This document shows positions 9,314 to 20,517 of a DNA stretch of 64,000 nt, piece by piece; position 1 is the first letter of the stretch, and each line of letters starts with the position of its first letter. Source of the stretch: Nitrosopumilaceae archaeon (GTDB taxonomy: Archaea; Thermoproteota; Nitrososphaeria; Nitrososphaerales; Nitrosopumilaceae); assembly GCA_965200155.1 (NCBI GenBank), contig CBDATR010000043.1:65858-129857 (forward strand), given 5' to 3'. Made by a program: the position numbers and the translations under genes. The notes under the pieces are model-generated. The model had not been told where the DNA came from. It worked only from the letters and a program-made list of their open reading frames with translations, and made no database searches.

Positions 9314-11767
9314 ATGATCCGCTTACTCACATTAGTCCTGTTACTATCATTTACGGGACTCGCATATGGTGATGGCGCCCAATTCTTCATAATAACAGAG
9401 AACGGGAATATATTCAACATTTTTGGCCCGCCCCCGGCAAGGCCGCCGGGCTTTGACTCTGCACCATTTCTCAATGCTGAACGGATTAACACCGCGATAT
9501 CAGTCACGACAGGGAGTGATGCTGTTTTCGGGCAGGCCGGTTCCATAACTACACTCCCGGCAGCCAGTAGTATGAGAGCTGCCATTATTACAGATTGGGG
9601 AACAGCATCTGATGAGTTATACTCAGCCATGTTAGTGGGGGAGTTACACAAGACCACTACTGGCCAACCCTATCTTGGTGATGGGGTGATCAGCGGTGGA
9701 CTGGATTTACTAGAATATTGTAACTTGCCGTATAACTCAACGTTGGGCTTGGGTGTGGATTGTGTGAATAACTATAATGGTAATGACATGACTCCCGTTC
9801 CAAGATATGGACATGGGTATGTATTAGAGGGTATACCACCGGTTGGCCGTGCCATTGTAAATGTGGATGTGTTGTTCGGAAAATATTATGAGGTGATGTT
9901 CACCTGTCCTGGATGCACAGATGAGTCAAGGGCATATTTTATAGAGAATGTTCTGAGCATGCATCAGTTCGGTGACGCCGGATTCAGGGATAGTCCGGGC
10001 CTAACATTCACACCGGACGCGCCCTTCAAATTCGACCAAACCACTCTTGCCGGTCTAGCACTCGTTCCCGGCACGAATCAACCTGGTCGGGATGCAAATA
10101 ACATTGGTGCATGGAACTGTACCGCCACCGACTGTGACTATGGAAGTATTTATGCGACTAAGTGGAAATCACTACTCCCTGGATGGAATAGCATACAGCA
10201 TGGAACACCCGGAAACTTTGCGATCATAACGATTGATCCCGGAACGGGTGCAAAACTCCAGTTACGGGAAGGGAATAGTACGGATGGCTCCTGCTGTTTT
10301 GGCTTTGATGGAGGCTTGTACAATCATATTGGAAGTGCCGCGGTAATCCATGATACCGACAGGCATGTAATGATAGTCCCGAACGGCGGCTCCATACCAC
10401 ATGAGAACCCCATTATTCTAGATGAGCAGAAACTCCAGCAAGAACGTTTACTCAACACACAAGTCGGGTCAGTACCAAGACAGTTCTCGCATAGCCAGGA
10501 TGGTGACCCACTATACAATGGACTATACTATGATGAGAATGGTTCATGGCCGCCATATCATGTTAGACTGGTTGACGCGGTTCAGACAGACTTTTCACAG
10601 AAACCGTTCAACATTAACGACTACTTGGGCAAGGGTAATTACACCAATGATGACATGATAAGAATACTCAGGGGTTCCTACCCAATCAATGATCCCATGG
10701 ATTCGGAAATCTATGACATAAGAAATGATGTCATGTTACGTGGTGGTAGTGGAACGTTCCAGTACTGGGACGGCGATGATGTAAAACGACCATATATTGA
10801 TCCCTGGATGAGACTCCAAAAGAACCCCGTATGGGAAGAATATGGTGTGACCCTACCACAGAATAGTTTTGTTATAGTCGACACCTATGCAACCATTCCA
10901 GTAGTAAAGCCAACACGACTAAGTGACACATACCTCTCCAGTACACCATGCGGATTGCCGGGAACAGATGAGGTGAACCGCCTAAATGTGATAGCCGCGT
11001 CAAACTCTGGCGGGTATGATGCTAGTGTGATTGAATTCTTGGTTCTCGCCGACGGTTCCGGCCCCATTGAGACCAACCTAAAACTGCAACTAATCTATGA
11101 GGCCAGTCGTACATACCTGGACTACATAGACGGGAACTATCTGGCCGGTGACTCCATTCATGTACCGATTCTGCCTAACAGGCCATACCTGTGTACCATT
11201 ATAGCCCCAAACATACTGGAATCACAATTCCTCCTGGCTACCTTGCCACATGGCCAGTCATATATCTCACTGGGCGGCATTGAGGGAGTAGTGCCGGTGT
11301 CCGCCGAGTATGTCCAATATATGGGCGTGCAGTCACCGCGGGATGGTACCATTTCCCTGGACATATCAAGTAGAATAGGTGCCAGTGTTAGCGCCTTTGG
11401 AAAGGGACCAATAGGCGCCAATAATACTCAGTGGACGAATGGCTCCATACCCGTTCTTGCAACCATTACAGTAAAGGGGAATGAGAGTCCGTTACTATCA
11501 TTTTCGATAGACACATTTGATATAATAGAAGAGGAGTATAATGATGATGGAGCCAACTGTTATGGCCGGTTCGTCACTGACATTGATTCATCCACATACG
11601 TGCAGAGAACCGTATCCATTCCCGCTTCTTTGGGCGAGCACATTCCAATCGAACTGAAAATAATCACACAGGACACACTGACTGACATTCCCTTCTGTGG
11701 CGGAGTGACAAAGGAGAGTATTCTCATCCAATATATCTTACATACCTTTGCCATTGATGTTAGGTAA
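9314..11767 (+). CDS. Large secreted protein (putative adhesin / pilus-associated), paralog family A
   Basis: Signal peptide; QFFIITENGNIF..GP..RPP, TDW, CxxC, YDxRN and AGDSIHVPILP motifs shared with 14984 and partly 12285. Confidence 0.8.
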   Translation: MIRLLTLVLLLSFTGLAYGDGAQFFIITENGNIFNIFGPPPARPPGFDSAPFLNAERINTAISVTTGSDAVFGQAGSITTLPAASSMRAAIITDWGTASDELYSAMLVGELHKTTTGQPYLGDGVISGGLDLLEYCNLPYNSTLGLGVDCVNNYNGNDMTPVPRYGHGYVLEGIPPVGRAIVNVDVLFGKYYEVMFTCPGCTDESRAYFIENVLSMHQFGDAGFRDSPGLTFTPDAPFKFDQTTLAGLALVPGTNQPGRDANNIGAWNCTATDCDYGSIYATKWKSLLPGWNSIQHGTPGNFAIITIDPGTGAKLQLREGNSTDGSCCFGFDGGLYNHIGSAAVIHDTDRHVMIVPNGGSIPHENPIILDEQKLQQERLLNTQVGSVPRQFSHSQDGDPLYNGLYYDENGSWPPYHVRLVDAVQTDFSQKPFNINDYLGKGNYTNDDMIRILRGSYPINDPMDSEIYDIRNDVMLRGGSGTFQYWDGDDVKRPYIDPWMRLQKNPVWEEYGVTLPQNSFVIVDTYATIPVVKPTRLSDTYLSSTPCGLPGTDEVNRLNVIAASNSGGYDASVIEFLVLADGSGPIETNLKLQLIYEASRTYLDYIDGNYLAGDSIHVPILPNRPYLCTIIAPNILESQFLLATLPHGQSYISLGGIEGVVPVSAEYVQYMGVQSPRDGTISLDISSRIGASVSAFGKGPIGANNTQWTNGSIPVLATITVKGNESPLLSFSIDTFDIIEEEYNDDGANCYGRFVTDIDSSTYVQRTVSIPASLGEHIPIELKIITQDTLTDIPFCGGVTKESILIQYILHTFAIDVR

Positions 11768-11879
11768 TGATATAGCACTAATGTGGTGTCAAAAACTACA
11801 GGAGATGTCAGTTTTCCACTCCATGATCAGCCACCCGCTGCAAGATATTCCTGGTTGCATTGATATCATCTTGGGTCTC

Positions 11880-12170
11880 CTGCGTATAGTAACCGGTTCA
11901 TTTGTCCCTTAGTGATTCCTTGGAATGGTGCGCGCACACGTCTGGCTGGTATTCTAGGAATGGGAGTGAAAGTCTATCCCCCTGACCTCACACTTCCGGC
12001 GGAACTCTCCAACGCGACTCTCGCGCATCGTTCCATTCATTCCACGTTTAACAAGTGTCCTATGTAACCAGGAGTCTAACGCGGATATCAATGCGACATT
12101 TAGTAACAGGTTTCCTGCATGGGGCAACAGAGTATCGTCCTGGAATCGATGTCCACACCGGACCAAAGGT
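11880..12170 (-). pseudogene. tnpB: tnpB remnant (no TIRs visible)
   Basis: MNGTMRESRVGEFRRKCE is similar to the 37818 fragment; an ADINA-like segment is present, apparently inverted. Confidence 0.6.
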
Positions 12171-12284
12171 GCCATTATTCATGTGTGGAAAACCGATGTA
12201 GGTTTTGGTGTCACATTATACGAATCCATAAGCAGGCAATCCCCTGACAGCCCATTAACGGAGCAATGATGTAATTATTATAGC

Positions 12285-14987
12285 ATGATCCCACTAATCC
12301 CCGTGATAATGGCAGCCGGGGCGCTGTCAGTCGGAATAATATTGTATGGGGCGGGCGCCGCCATGGAGTTACAGGAACTGTATGATGGTGCCGCGGATAA
12401 TATACATGAGCGGGAGCAGGAGTTGCTGTCTGGACGGTATGAGACCAATGCGCCACCAAACATTCAGGGGGCAGTGATAACCAGTTCATGGACAGATGAC
12501 TCTATCATTACTGGATTCGTGATAACCTGCAATGATTTGGTGCATACCGTTCCAGCTGATATCCCGGTGGCCGGGGGCGTGGTCTTTGGCTTGAATTCCA
12601 CTCACCTGAGTGACATAAACGGCAAAACCGGTCTGTGTGGTAACTCAATAACACTAGAGTTGCTTACAAAGCGGGGCAACCTCTTTGAGATTGTTTCCCC
12701 GGACCGTGATCCAACAACTGATGTGGTATCAACACCCTACATAGAGTACCAGAGGGTGGGGGGACTGGTAGCCAACGGTAACCAGATAGTAGAGGCCGCA
12801 CAGTATAATCATGTCGGTGCCGGTGTTACTTATATCATAGATGACTGGGGCGACTCTCTCACTTATGGTATACCCAACTGGGCACCCCTCCAGGGTGTAA
12901 TGAGGCTGAGCCCTGTTCCTCACCTGTATCTGGGGCAGTTATACACAACACCACCAGGCATAGAGGCCGTGAATAGTGTAGAGGTGATTGCCGGTGATGT
13001 GAGATTCACCAATACAACTGATGCAACCCATGGCAAGTACCACAAGTTCGCCGGGACAGGCCGTGTAATGGTTCACCTGAATGATAATAATAATCACTTT
13101 GTAATTCACATGGTATGTCCGGATTGCCACGAGGATACGCCCGCGGTTATAGGTGGCATACCAACAACGAGCGGCACTTCTGACAGTACGAGCCTGGGGA
13201 CCGGAATAGTGAGTTCGGGAACATCTTTCCCCTGCACCATTAATGGGATAACACATCCCGGTTGCGGTCTCCATCCGGTTCACACGAATAATAGGGAGTG
13301 GCCCCTAAGGCCGGTACCGAAAATAACACTCAGTCATGTAGAGAATCCAGGCATAAACGGGACCGTTCTGCATATAACAAACTATAATACCTGTCCCGGT
13401 GCCGCCCATGATAATACCATTCTGGACTCGCTGAACTCGACTCATTTCAGGCTACTATCAAATGGTTGTATCATGAAAAATTATTCTTATGAGTGGTGGG
13501 ATGGTGATATCAAACTATATGACTCATTGCCGATTCGGCCAGGCTTGTCAACATGGCAAAATCCGTCCGGACACAACCCCACAATCATTCTAAACATGCG
13601 GGGCGGCCAGATTCTCTTACAGATATGGTCTGTGACTCAGGTACAATACTATAATGACATATTCAACCCCACTTTTACTATCACGCCAAGGACTGGTGAT
13701 AATACCAAGCTATTCGTGATTCATGATGCCATGGCGCATCTTGGTGTGTATGCCATCTCTGACTTGCATGACATGAAGAATCATGTCCAGACATACCCGC
13801 AACTACTCAAGAATGGAACGGTTTACAGATTCTCACATAGCCCCGGAATGGACAAGACCGGCGGGTTATTGGGCCACGACTGTATGCGGGGCTTCAAGTA
13901 CTGCATGACTGTATTTAATGCACCACGACTGCCAAGTGTGAATAATGCACAAGGTATAGTCTATGACACCCGTAATGCCATAGAACTGAATCGTGATGCA
14001 CTAGTTCACAATAGGAATAATGTGTTCACCACGAATAACCCGACTCCGGGCGAGGTAAAATATGACTCAACTACTCTAGAATTGATACAGGCATACGGAG
14101 TGATACCAATTACAGGCGGTGTAAAGGTAGATGAGTTATACATTATACCATCATTCCATAGTAACGGGTGTGACCGATATATCGACAAGACGACATCCCC
14201 CCATACATGGACTGCCTCTATGTCACACTCTGGATGGTTACGATTACAATACCTGGAGACACATTACGGCAGGGATAACCCCTCACTAAACGTCCCACTA
14301 CTGCCTAATTTCGGGACACTATGCATGAGAACTCATGGTAATGAGGAATTCAGGCAGTTCAAGATGGATGACTTTTTCATTCAGGGATCAGCCGCATCAT
14401 TTGGTGGGACAAAACACACCCATACGGTAACGGGCACGCTTTCGAATAATCCAACCACAGGTAACATTTCGGTACTGGATACTGATGTAACCCTGCTTGG
14501 CAGTGGCACTACAACGATGGATCTTGCCGTCGATATGGCTGGCCGGGTCGTGATAAGTGGTGTTGTGGATAATGGTGGCTCTGCACCAGACGGGAATGGT
14601 TCTGCCAACTGTAACTGGAGTAATAACAAGCCGCCCCGATCTGCACCGTTACAGAAAGTCACACTATTTGTGACGGTGAATGTGAATGTACCGGGAAGTA
14701 ACGACTACAATGAACAGTTCTTCCATGAAGTACCGCTTTCGGCCAGCCCGGCACCAACTAGTGTCGGCGAGGATTGTAGGCATGTATCAATTGCAGAGTT
14801 CCAGTATCCGGCAGAATTCAAGACAATACCACTCACGTATGGTAGTAATGCGGACATAAAGGTGACAGTTGAAACAAAGGTGGTATTCGCGCATGGTTCC
14901 TCGCCGCTTTATGCCGGTGGTTCTCCCACTGAGACCCTATACGTTGAGACCATTCTAGAGCAGTTAACATTGGTGGTGAACAATTGA
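12285..14987 (+). CDS. Large membrane-anchored/pilin-like surface protein, family A
   Basis: N-terminal hydrophobic helix; LLTKRGNLF motif of archaeal pilin-like domains; CPDC, YDTRN and NVPLLP motifs shared with the neighbours. Confidence 0.8.
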   Translation: MIPLIPVIMAAGALSVGIILYGAGAAMELQELYDGAADNIHEREQELLSGRYETNAPPNIQGAVITSSWTDDSIITGFVITCNDLVHTVPADIPVAGGVVFGLNSTHLSDINGKTGLCGNSITLELLTKRGNLFEIVSPDRDPTTDVVSTPYIEYQRVGGLVANGNQIVEAAQYNHVGAGVTYIIDDWGDSLTYGIPNWAPLQGVMRLSPVPHLYLGQLYTTPPGIEAVNSVEVIAGDVRFTNTTDATHGKYHKFAGTGRVMVHLNDNNNHFVIHMVCPDCHEDTPAVIGGIPTTSGTSDSTSLGTGIVSSGTSFPCTINGITHPGCGLHPVHTNNREWPLRPVPKITLSHVENPGINGTVLHITNYNTCPGAAHDNTILDSLNSTHFRLLSNGCIMKNYSYEWWDGDIKLYDSLPIRPGLSTWQNPSGHNPTIILNMRGGQILLQIWSVTQVQYYNDIFNPTFTITPRTGDNTKLFVIHDAMAHLGVYAISDLHDMKNHVQTYPQLLKNGTVYRFSHSPGMDKTGGLLGHDCMRGFKYCMTVFNAPRLPSVNNAQGIVYDTRNAIELNRDALVHNRNNVFTTNNPTPGEVKYDSTTLELIQAYGVIPITGGVKVDELYIIPSFHSNGCDRYIDKTTSPHTWTASMSHSGWLRLQYLETHYGRDNPSLNVPLLPNFGTLCMRTHGNEEFRQFKMDDFFIQGSAASFGGTKHTHTVTGTLSNNPTTGNISVLDTDVTLLGSGTTTMDLAVDMAGRVVISGVVDNGGSAPDGNGSANCNWSNNKPPRSAPLQKVTLFVTVNVNVPGSNDYNEQFFHEVPLSASPAPTSVGEDCRHVSIAEFQYPAEFKTIPLTYGSNADIKVTVETKVVFAHGSSPLYAGGSPTETLYVETILEQLTLVVNN

Positions 14988-17800
14988 GGGCTGTAATCAT
15001 TCTAGTCATCATTCTAGTATTCATTCCGCCGGTATATGCGTATGACGTACAATTCCATTTCATAACAGAGAACGGGAACATCTTTCTACTATCTGGTCCT
15101 GATGAGCCAAGGCCGCCTAATATCATAGGTGAGACCGCATTTCTCAGTGTTGATAATCCTCCCGCCGGTATGTTCATTGTTACATCGAATAATGGAACGA
15201 TTCAAAGAGTTACACCATTACAGACAGGGATAGACGTGAGTGATTATTCCGGTAGTGATAGAGTAAGAGTCATCACTTATACTGATTGGAACGGTGGCAG
15301 TGTTAGAGAATTCCGTGATCAGCCATTCGGGACACTCTCCAACGGCATTAATGGAATGTACCATTCTAATAGTATGGGATTAATCGCCGATTACAGTAAC
15401 TATACAATGATGTCGGTGATTGATTCGTCCCGTTTTGATCTGGGTAGTGGCTCTGATAATACACTTGGTACACTAACACAGGGGAGTAACGGTGAATACA
15501 CCATTAACATGGCAACAATGAATCGTGCAGGTCTTAATTTCGGGCCGGGATCTGATGCCACTTACTACATCTATTGGGGCTGTAGGGATTGCAATACAAA
15601 TGTGGTTGTGGGATTCGGTGGCTCATCTGATCAGGCAAGACTGCCGAATGATCATCATCCAAGAGGTTGGGAATCAACACAGTCATGTGGTGTATCTGAT
15701 ACTGACACCTGGTCTACCAATTCGGGAACCATAGATGTTGATTATCATATACCCTCAGAGGAACACAGTCAGGCAGGCGATTACACCATAAGTAATAGGT
15801 ATGATGACTTGTCCATTCTACCACAGCATCATACTAGTTCTACTTATACAGATGAGACAGATGATAACCGCCGGTTCGACATGGATATTATAGCTATAAC
15901 CACGTCAACACCCAGAAGTGAGTATCTATTCTCATGCTCCGGAACTATCACCGTTGAGACATGTGATGAACATGGGAGTAATTGTACGACTCAGTCAAGT
16001 AGTGGTAATTCCGGTACCACTACACGTTATACAGATGGCTCATGTACTAATGAGATGAGTTCTCAGAGATCATCATCCCACATGGGCTACATTGCATCTG
16101 CTGATTGTACTGCTGGACCTGCACCATCTAAACCAGCTGATATCAACAACCGTAGCAGTCCTGTAGATATGGGTGGCAACCAAACCAGAGTAACTACAAG
16201 AACATGTAACTATAATAGCAGTCCTACACTAATGGGTACAACTGCAACCATAAGTACAACATGTGATTTACACATACAGACCCCACACTTAACATTGAAT
16301 GAGTCTCTAACAGTGAAGCCGGGTTTGAACATATACAGGCCGGATTCCAGCTTCATAAACCAGAACCTCACTATAATAATGGATGACACAGAGAATGGTG
16401 GCGGGCAGAATGAGCGTATACAGGTATTCCACGGGCCGGATGATATTCTAACAGGTCCATACGACTTTCATTTGAGAACGCCGGAATCCGGTATACTATA
16501 TGATGATCATGACCACTATGGATGGATAGACCATACCAAATCATATACAACCGAGATGCTAGAACAACTAGGATACACCATTAGAGTGTCGATGGCCGGA
16601 TTCAATGACGGACTGGGTACTAGTGGGACGGAACCATACAACCCCGGCCAGCGACTATGCCATGGTGACTGTCTGTTAGGCCTGGAAGGGATTGACGGGG
16701 AGAAGCCAAGACTCATGGTCTTGAGGCAATCACCACCAAGTCATGGAGTCGTTCTAAATGGATTAATCTATGATCACAAGAATAATGACTGGTATAGTAG
16801 TGGATTCGGGTATGGTACTGATGGACTAGTCACTGCAACATCACTATACCTTACCGTTCCCTTCTCTGTTGATACCACTCTAGTGAATGTGTGGTTATTC
16901 AATGAGAACTTTGATCCAACACAACAACTCATATCACCGAATGATGCATTGTCTCCCACAGCTGATCTATGTCACTTACGACAGGCAGGCCAAATTGAAA
17001 TATTTGATGCCGGTCCCACCACCATATCAGCCGGGAACAGTATTCACATACCTATTCTACCTGAAATGCGCTATTCAGCATTCATAGGAAATGGTGAATG
17101 TCACTGGTATGATATTGCCTCACTGCCTTCACCATTATCTAGTATATCATCCGGTGCAAGAATGGTTCCATTGAATAACGGGACTATTCTAGGCGGCACG
17201 TTAACCGTAAAGCATGACGGACAGGCACATGTAGATATCATTACTGACTTGCGTGCCGTTTACCAGTCCGAGATGTACGGGGATGTCATTATAGGAACAC
17301 CGGCAGATATAACACAGTGGTCCGTCCCGCCCCTGAAAGTAAACGTGACTGCAATAGCCCAGGTGAACGGGCTGGGAAGTTCCTGTGGTGATACCGGCAT
17401 GTATTGTTCCCAGCCTATCACTCTAGTGAATAGCAGCGCTCCTCATATAGGCACATACATTCATGGCTCGGTTATGTCTGGTTCATTCACACATGATGAA
17501 CCATACGGGATTGCCCCCACATCTGGTGCCGGACAGGATGAATATGGATTTGTAAATGGCCGGTGTTACGGACTGGAAACCATAATAGCTGATACAGGCG
17601 GCATTATTGCAAGAAGCATACCGGGAATACCTGTCAATGCCGGTGACACTATTGCTCTGTCATTTAATGTAATTGTGATCAGCCCAAGAACCATTCCCGG
17701 ACTAATCGAGACAGAAACTACAGGTGAGATTTGTGATATAAAACTGACCGAGCAGTCACTAATACTTGATGTCAGTACCATGACTGCCACACTGCGTTGA
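14984..17800 (+). CDS. Large secreted protein, family A
   Basis: Signal peptide; QFHFITENGNIF; Ser/Thr/Cys-rich insert; overlaps the upstream stop codon (translational coupling). Confidence 0.8.
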   Translation: MRAVIILVIILVFIPPVYAYDVQFHFITENGNIFLLSGPDEPRPPNIIGETAFLSVDNPPAGMFIVTSNNGTIQRVTPLQTGIDVSDYSGSDRVRVITYTDWNGGSVREFRDQPFGTLSNGINGMYHSNSMGLIADYSNYTMMSVIDSSRFDLGSGSDNTLGTLTQGSNGEYTINMATMNRAGLNFGPGSDATYYIYWGCRDCNTNVVVGFGGSSDQARLPNDHHPRGWESTQSCGVSDTDTWSTNSGTIDVDYHIPSEEHSQAGDYTISNRYDDLSILPQHHTSSTYTDETDDNRRFDMDIIAITTSTPRSEYLFSCSGTITVETCDEHGSNCTTQSSSGNSGTTTRYTDGSCTNEMSSQRSSSHMGYIASADCTAGPAPSKPADINNRSSPVDMGGNQTRVTTRTCNYNSSPTLMGTTATISTTCDLHIQTPHLTLNESLTVKPGLNIYRPDSSFINQNLTIIMDDTENGGGQNERIQVFHGPDDILTGPYDFHLRTPESGILYDDHDHYGWIDHTKSYTTEMLEQLGYTIRVSMAGFNDGLGTSGTEPYNPGQRLCHGDCLLGLEGIDGEKPRLMVLRQSPPSHGVVLNGLIYDHKNNDWYSSGFGYGTDGLVTATSLYLTVPFSVDTTLVNVWLFNENFDPTQQLISPNDALSPTADLCHLRQAGQIEIFDAGPTTISAGNSIHIPILPEMRYSAFIGNGECHWYDIASLPSPLSSISSGARMVPLNNGTILGGTLTVKHDGQAHVDIITDLRAVYQSEMYGDVIIGTPADITQWSVPPLKVNVTAIAQVNGLGSSCGDTGMYCSQPITLVNSSAPHIGTYIHGSVMSGSFTHDEPYGIAPTSGAGQDEYGFVNGRCYGLETIIADTGGIIARSIPGIPVNAGDTIALSFNVIVISPRTIPGLIETETTGEICDIKLTEQSLILDVSTMTATLR

Positions 17801-18377
17801 CTCATGACCGTTCTTATGGGGGCGATAATCCCATGGCGACTTTCCAATCTGTCGTTGGGCACGGCTATAATGGGGTATAGTCACTCTGAGTCCCCAATAG
17901 GATGGTGAGGGATTAGAATAAACCTAAAGGGGATCCGGGGCTCGCCGCCTGTGAGATGGGATACCTGTGTTGAATAATTGGAAATCGATAATTGACACTA
18001 AAACAGGCATAGTGTGGGCTATATGGTGCAGATGGTTCTCATCTCCATTTGATATATGTCGGCAACCTTGTCAGTTTTGACTCCATTATCGGTGTGAATC
18101 TACAGTAGTGAGCCTGCCGATACATGCCGCATTATTTGGGGGCAGTTTTGTTATCTCTTGGTTATGGGCGGCCTGTGTTACATTGTATCAACCACACAGT
18201 TCTAACATTCCTGGTTATGTTCCATTTTGTCCAAGCAACCACTTCGGAACGTCCAATGATAGTCCCAAAAGATGTTTAATTGATACTTCCGGATGTTTTT
18301 TCAGTGATCCTTGGATATTTTGAGGCCACCCTGACCTGTCGTAAAATATTACTTCCTCAATGAAGCCCATGATTCTG

Positions 18378-19322
18378 CTATGTTGAGCACGCCGACCAGC
18401 CACAGGAACAGGACATACATGACTCTGTCCTGATCAACACGCCACCACAACTAGGACAGCCGCCCCTGTATGGCGTGTCCTCCCAGATATCATCCTGTTT
18501 CCCATATATGGCCGTGGGTACCCAGTTCGGTATCACTTTTGTTATGATTCTGTGAATGACATGATGATCCATACCCGGTGGTATTATAACACCGGGCCCT
18601 GATGCGCCCTCCCATGATTCCAGGAACCGGGCGGCTCTCAGGGCGGTCTCGGCCAGTTCAGGTAGTGGTATCTTACTCATGTCCAGCATCCCGCCGAACC
18701 GCCCCTCCCGGATCAAGCAACCGGTATACAGACATGCCATTTCAAAGACATTACGAAATGAGTCCGGCGAGTCATTCCAGTTGACATAGAGGGCGAACTT
18801 GTTCGTATATGTTAGAACATGCAACTGCTCCTGTATCATTGCCGGTATTGTAACACGGTACGGCCCGTTGTACCGGCCCTCCATGATTATTACATCATCT
18901 GGTATGAACCGGCCCGATAACACCAAGTCAGAACAGTCAGGCTCAATCCGCTCTATCGCTGTTCTAATACTGGCCGGATTGGTTGCCGCCCCTCTTAACA
19001 TGGATAATGTGGATGCCTTGATATGTTTCAATGACTCATCGATGCCCCCTGTAATGGTGGCCCGTTTTTGTCTCTCCACTCTCCTGCTGGCACGATACTC
19101 GATGTAACGCCTGCACGCATTGTATAGCCCGGCGCGCATCATTGTCTCCTCTGTTAGATTCCCCAGAATGGTAACATTTAGTGGTGGACGCGCCATTCTA
19201 GTGACATCCGCGGCCAGCTTTGCCGCTATCTCCGGCTCCACCCCTGCCTGTATCATTGCCTGACATATCTTGGACTCATCATACTTAGTAACGGTACCGT
19301 CACGCTTTACACAGGTAAGCAT
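18378..19322 (-). CDS. ATP-cone protein with remnant class II ribonucleotide reductase segments and C-terminal Zn ribbon
   Basis: VKRDG..YDESKI ATP cone; SGRFIP and LAETALRAARFLE resemble NrdJ segments; CPSCGGVLIRTESCMSCSCGWSAC resembles the NrdJ tail; only 314 aa. Confidence 0.7.
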   Translation of the reverse strand: MLTCVKRDGTVTKYDESKICQAMIQAGVEPEIAAKLAADVTRMARPPLNVTILGNLTEETMMRAGLYNACRRYIEYRASRRVERQKRATITGGIDESLKHIKASTLSMLRGAATNPASIRTAIERIEPDCSDLVLSGRFIPDDVIIMEGRYNGPYRVTIPAMIQEQLHVLTYTNKFALYVNWNDSPDSFRNVFEMACLYTGCLIREGRFGGMLDMSKIPLPELAETALRAARFLESWEGASGPGVIIPPGMDHHVIHRIITKVIPNWVPTAIYGKQDDIWEDTPYRGGCPSCGGVLIRTESCMSCSCGWSACST

Positions 19323-19564
19323 TCTTTACCACACCCATGAGTTCTTTTGGCTAACGCGGGTATCATGTTCGCTGCATCAGCCTTCATTATATTACCACAC
19401 TTCTTACACATGTATGATATGATGGTCCCGCTAATGCCGGTAAACCCACTGAAACCATCACAGGAATGCCTGATGGAATAGTTCGATACCTGGTCAGGCA
19501 CATTCCCGTATGCCGAGAACTGATCCTTGCACTGATCACAATAGTATGAAATGGTTATCTTCAC
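19307..19564 (-). CDS. Small double Zn-finger protein
   Basis: CDQC...HSC and CKKC...HGC; coupled between tbp and the ATP-cone gene. Confidence 0.7.
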   Translation of the reverse strand: MKITISYYCDQCKDQFSAYGNVPDQVSNYSIRHSCDGFSGFTGISGTIISYMCKKCGNIMKADAANMIPALAKRTHGCGKECLPV

Positions 19565-20094
19565 TATTCCATGACACCTATATCTACTAGTTTGCCATGT
19601 AACTGATTCACAGCTTCTGAAACGGCATTAATTGAGTTAGCCCCCACACATACAACATTTCCGGTGGCGAATAACAACATGGTACAGTCGGGCTTTCTCC
19701 ATCGTATTATAACACCACTAAAGTGTTCCGGCTCATAGATTGTTCGAGGTATGAAACGGACCACCTGACTTAGGTCAATGCCTTGTGAGAATTTGGATGT
19801 AGCCACAACATTACAAATGTACCGCGTGACATTTCCCACTGGTATATCGTGCTTCTTTAACGTCTCTATCATGGTATCCATGGCGCCAAAGGCTATTTCC
19901 GCGGTGGGCGCCCCGACAGCCACCATTTTTCCAGAACTGAATACCATTACCGTCGTTCTATTGATTCTGAAACGGGCGGCGGGAAACTGTTCCGGCTCAT
20001 ACTCGGTACCCTCTATCTGGTGAACCGTATCCAGGGACAGCGTGGTGCCAATATATCCCGCGCATACTATATTGTGCGGCTTTATTTCAATCAC
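19564..20094 (-). CDS. tbp: TATA-box binding protein (divergent, element-encoded)
   Basis: Two TBP repeats: NIVC..EYEPEQFPA..VFSSGKMVAVGA and NVVAT..IYEPEHFSG..LFATGNVVCVGA. Confidence 0.95.
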   Translation of the reverse strand: MIEIKPHNIVCAGYIGTTLSLDTVHQIEGTEYEPEQFPAARFRINRTTVMVFSSGKMVAVGAPTAEIAFGAMDTMIETLKKHDIPVGNVTRYICNVVATSKFSQGIDLSQVVRFIPRTIYEPEHFSGVIIRWRKPDCTMLLFATGNVVCVGANSINAVSEAVNQLHGKLVDIGVME

Positions 20095-20107
20095 GGCGAT
20101 TCAGAAT

Positions 20108-20130
20108 ATCACTCCCTTAAAAGGCGGGTC
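20108..20130 (-). promoter_or_regulatory. tbp promoter, GAC-N-CGCCTTTTAAGGGAGTGAT class
   Basis: 22/23 identical to 22784-22806, at similar spacing from a GTG start. Confidence 0.7.
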
Positions 20131-20517
20131 ATACACTGGAATGATACGTGGAAAAGAGCCATTCTAGTCCTGCTTGAAATCAATGGCGGTCACCATTCTC
20201 TGGTACATTGATGAGAAAAGTGCGTACTGTCCGCAAAAGCCTCACTGAATTAAAAACCATCATTTCATGAAATGGGTTCTTTGATTGTATTCGTGACTTC
20301 TACCTGGATGTGCATGATTTCCGCCCTGAAAATAACCGGCATTATTCCACGACAATGTGGGTACAATCCTGACGCTTACCATTTCCACAACCCTTGTCAT
20401 ATCTGGTGGGTCTTGCATCCATGACAAGAGTGATGCGGGAATAGTATAAACCGGTTAATACATAAAGAATATACCTTTCATGTTTTGTAGCTAGAAGAAT
20501 AGAATCATAGTATAATT

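Noticed and set aside
17800-18378. Possible gene downstream of the ATP-cone gene
   Set aside because: Only short broken frames with no recognisable motif.
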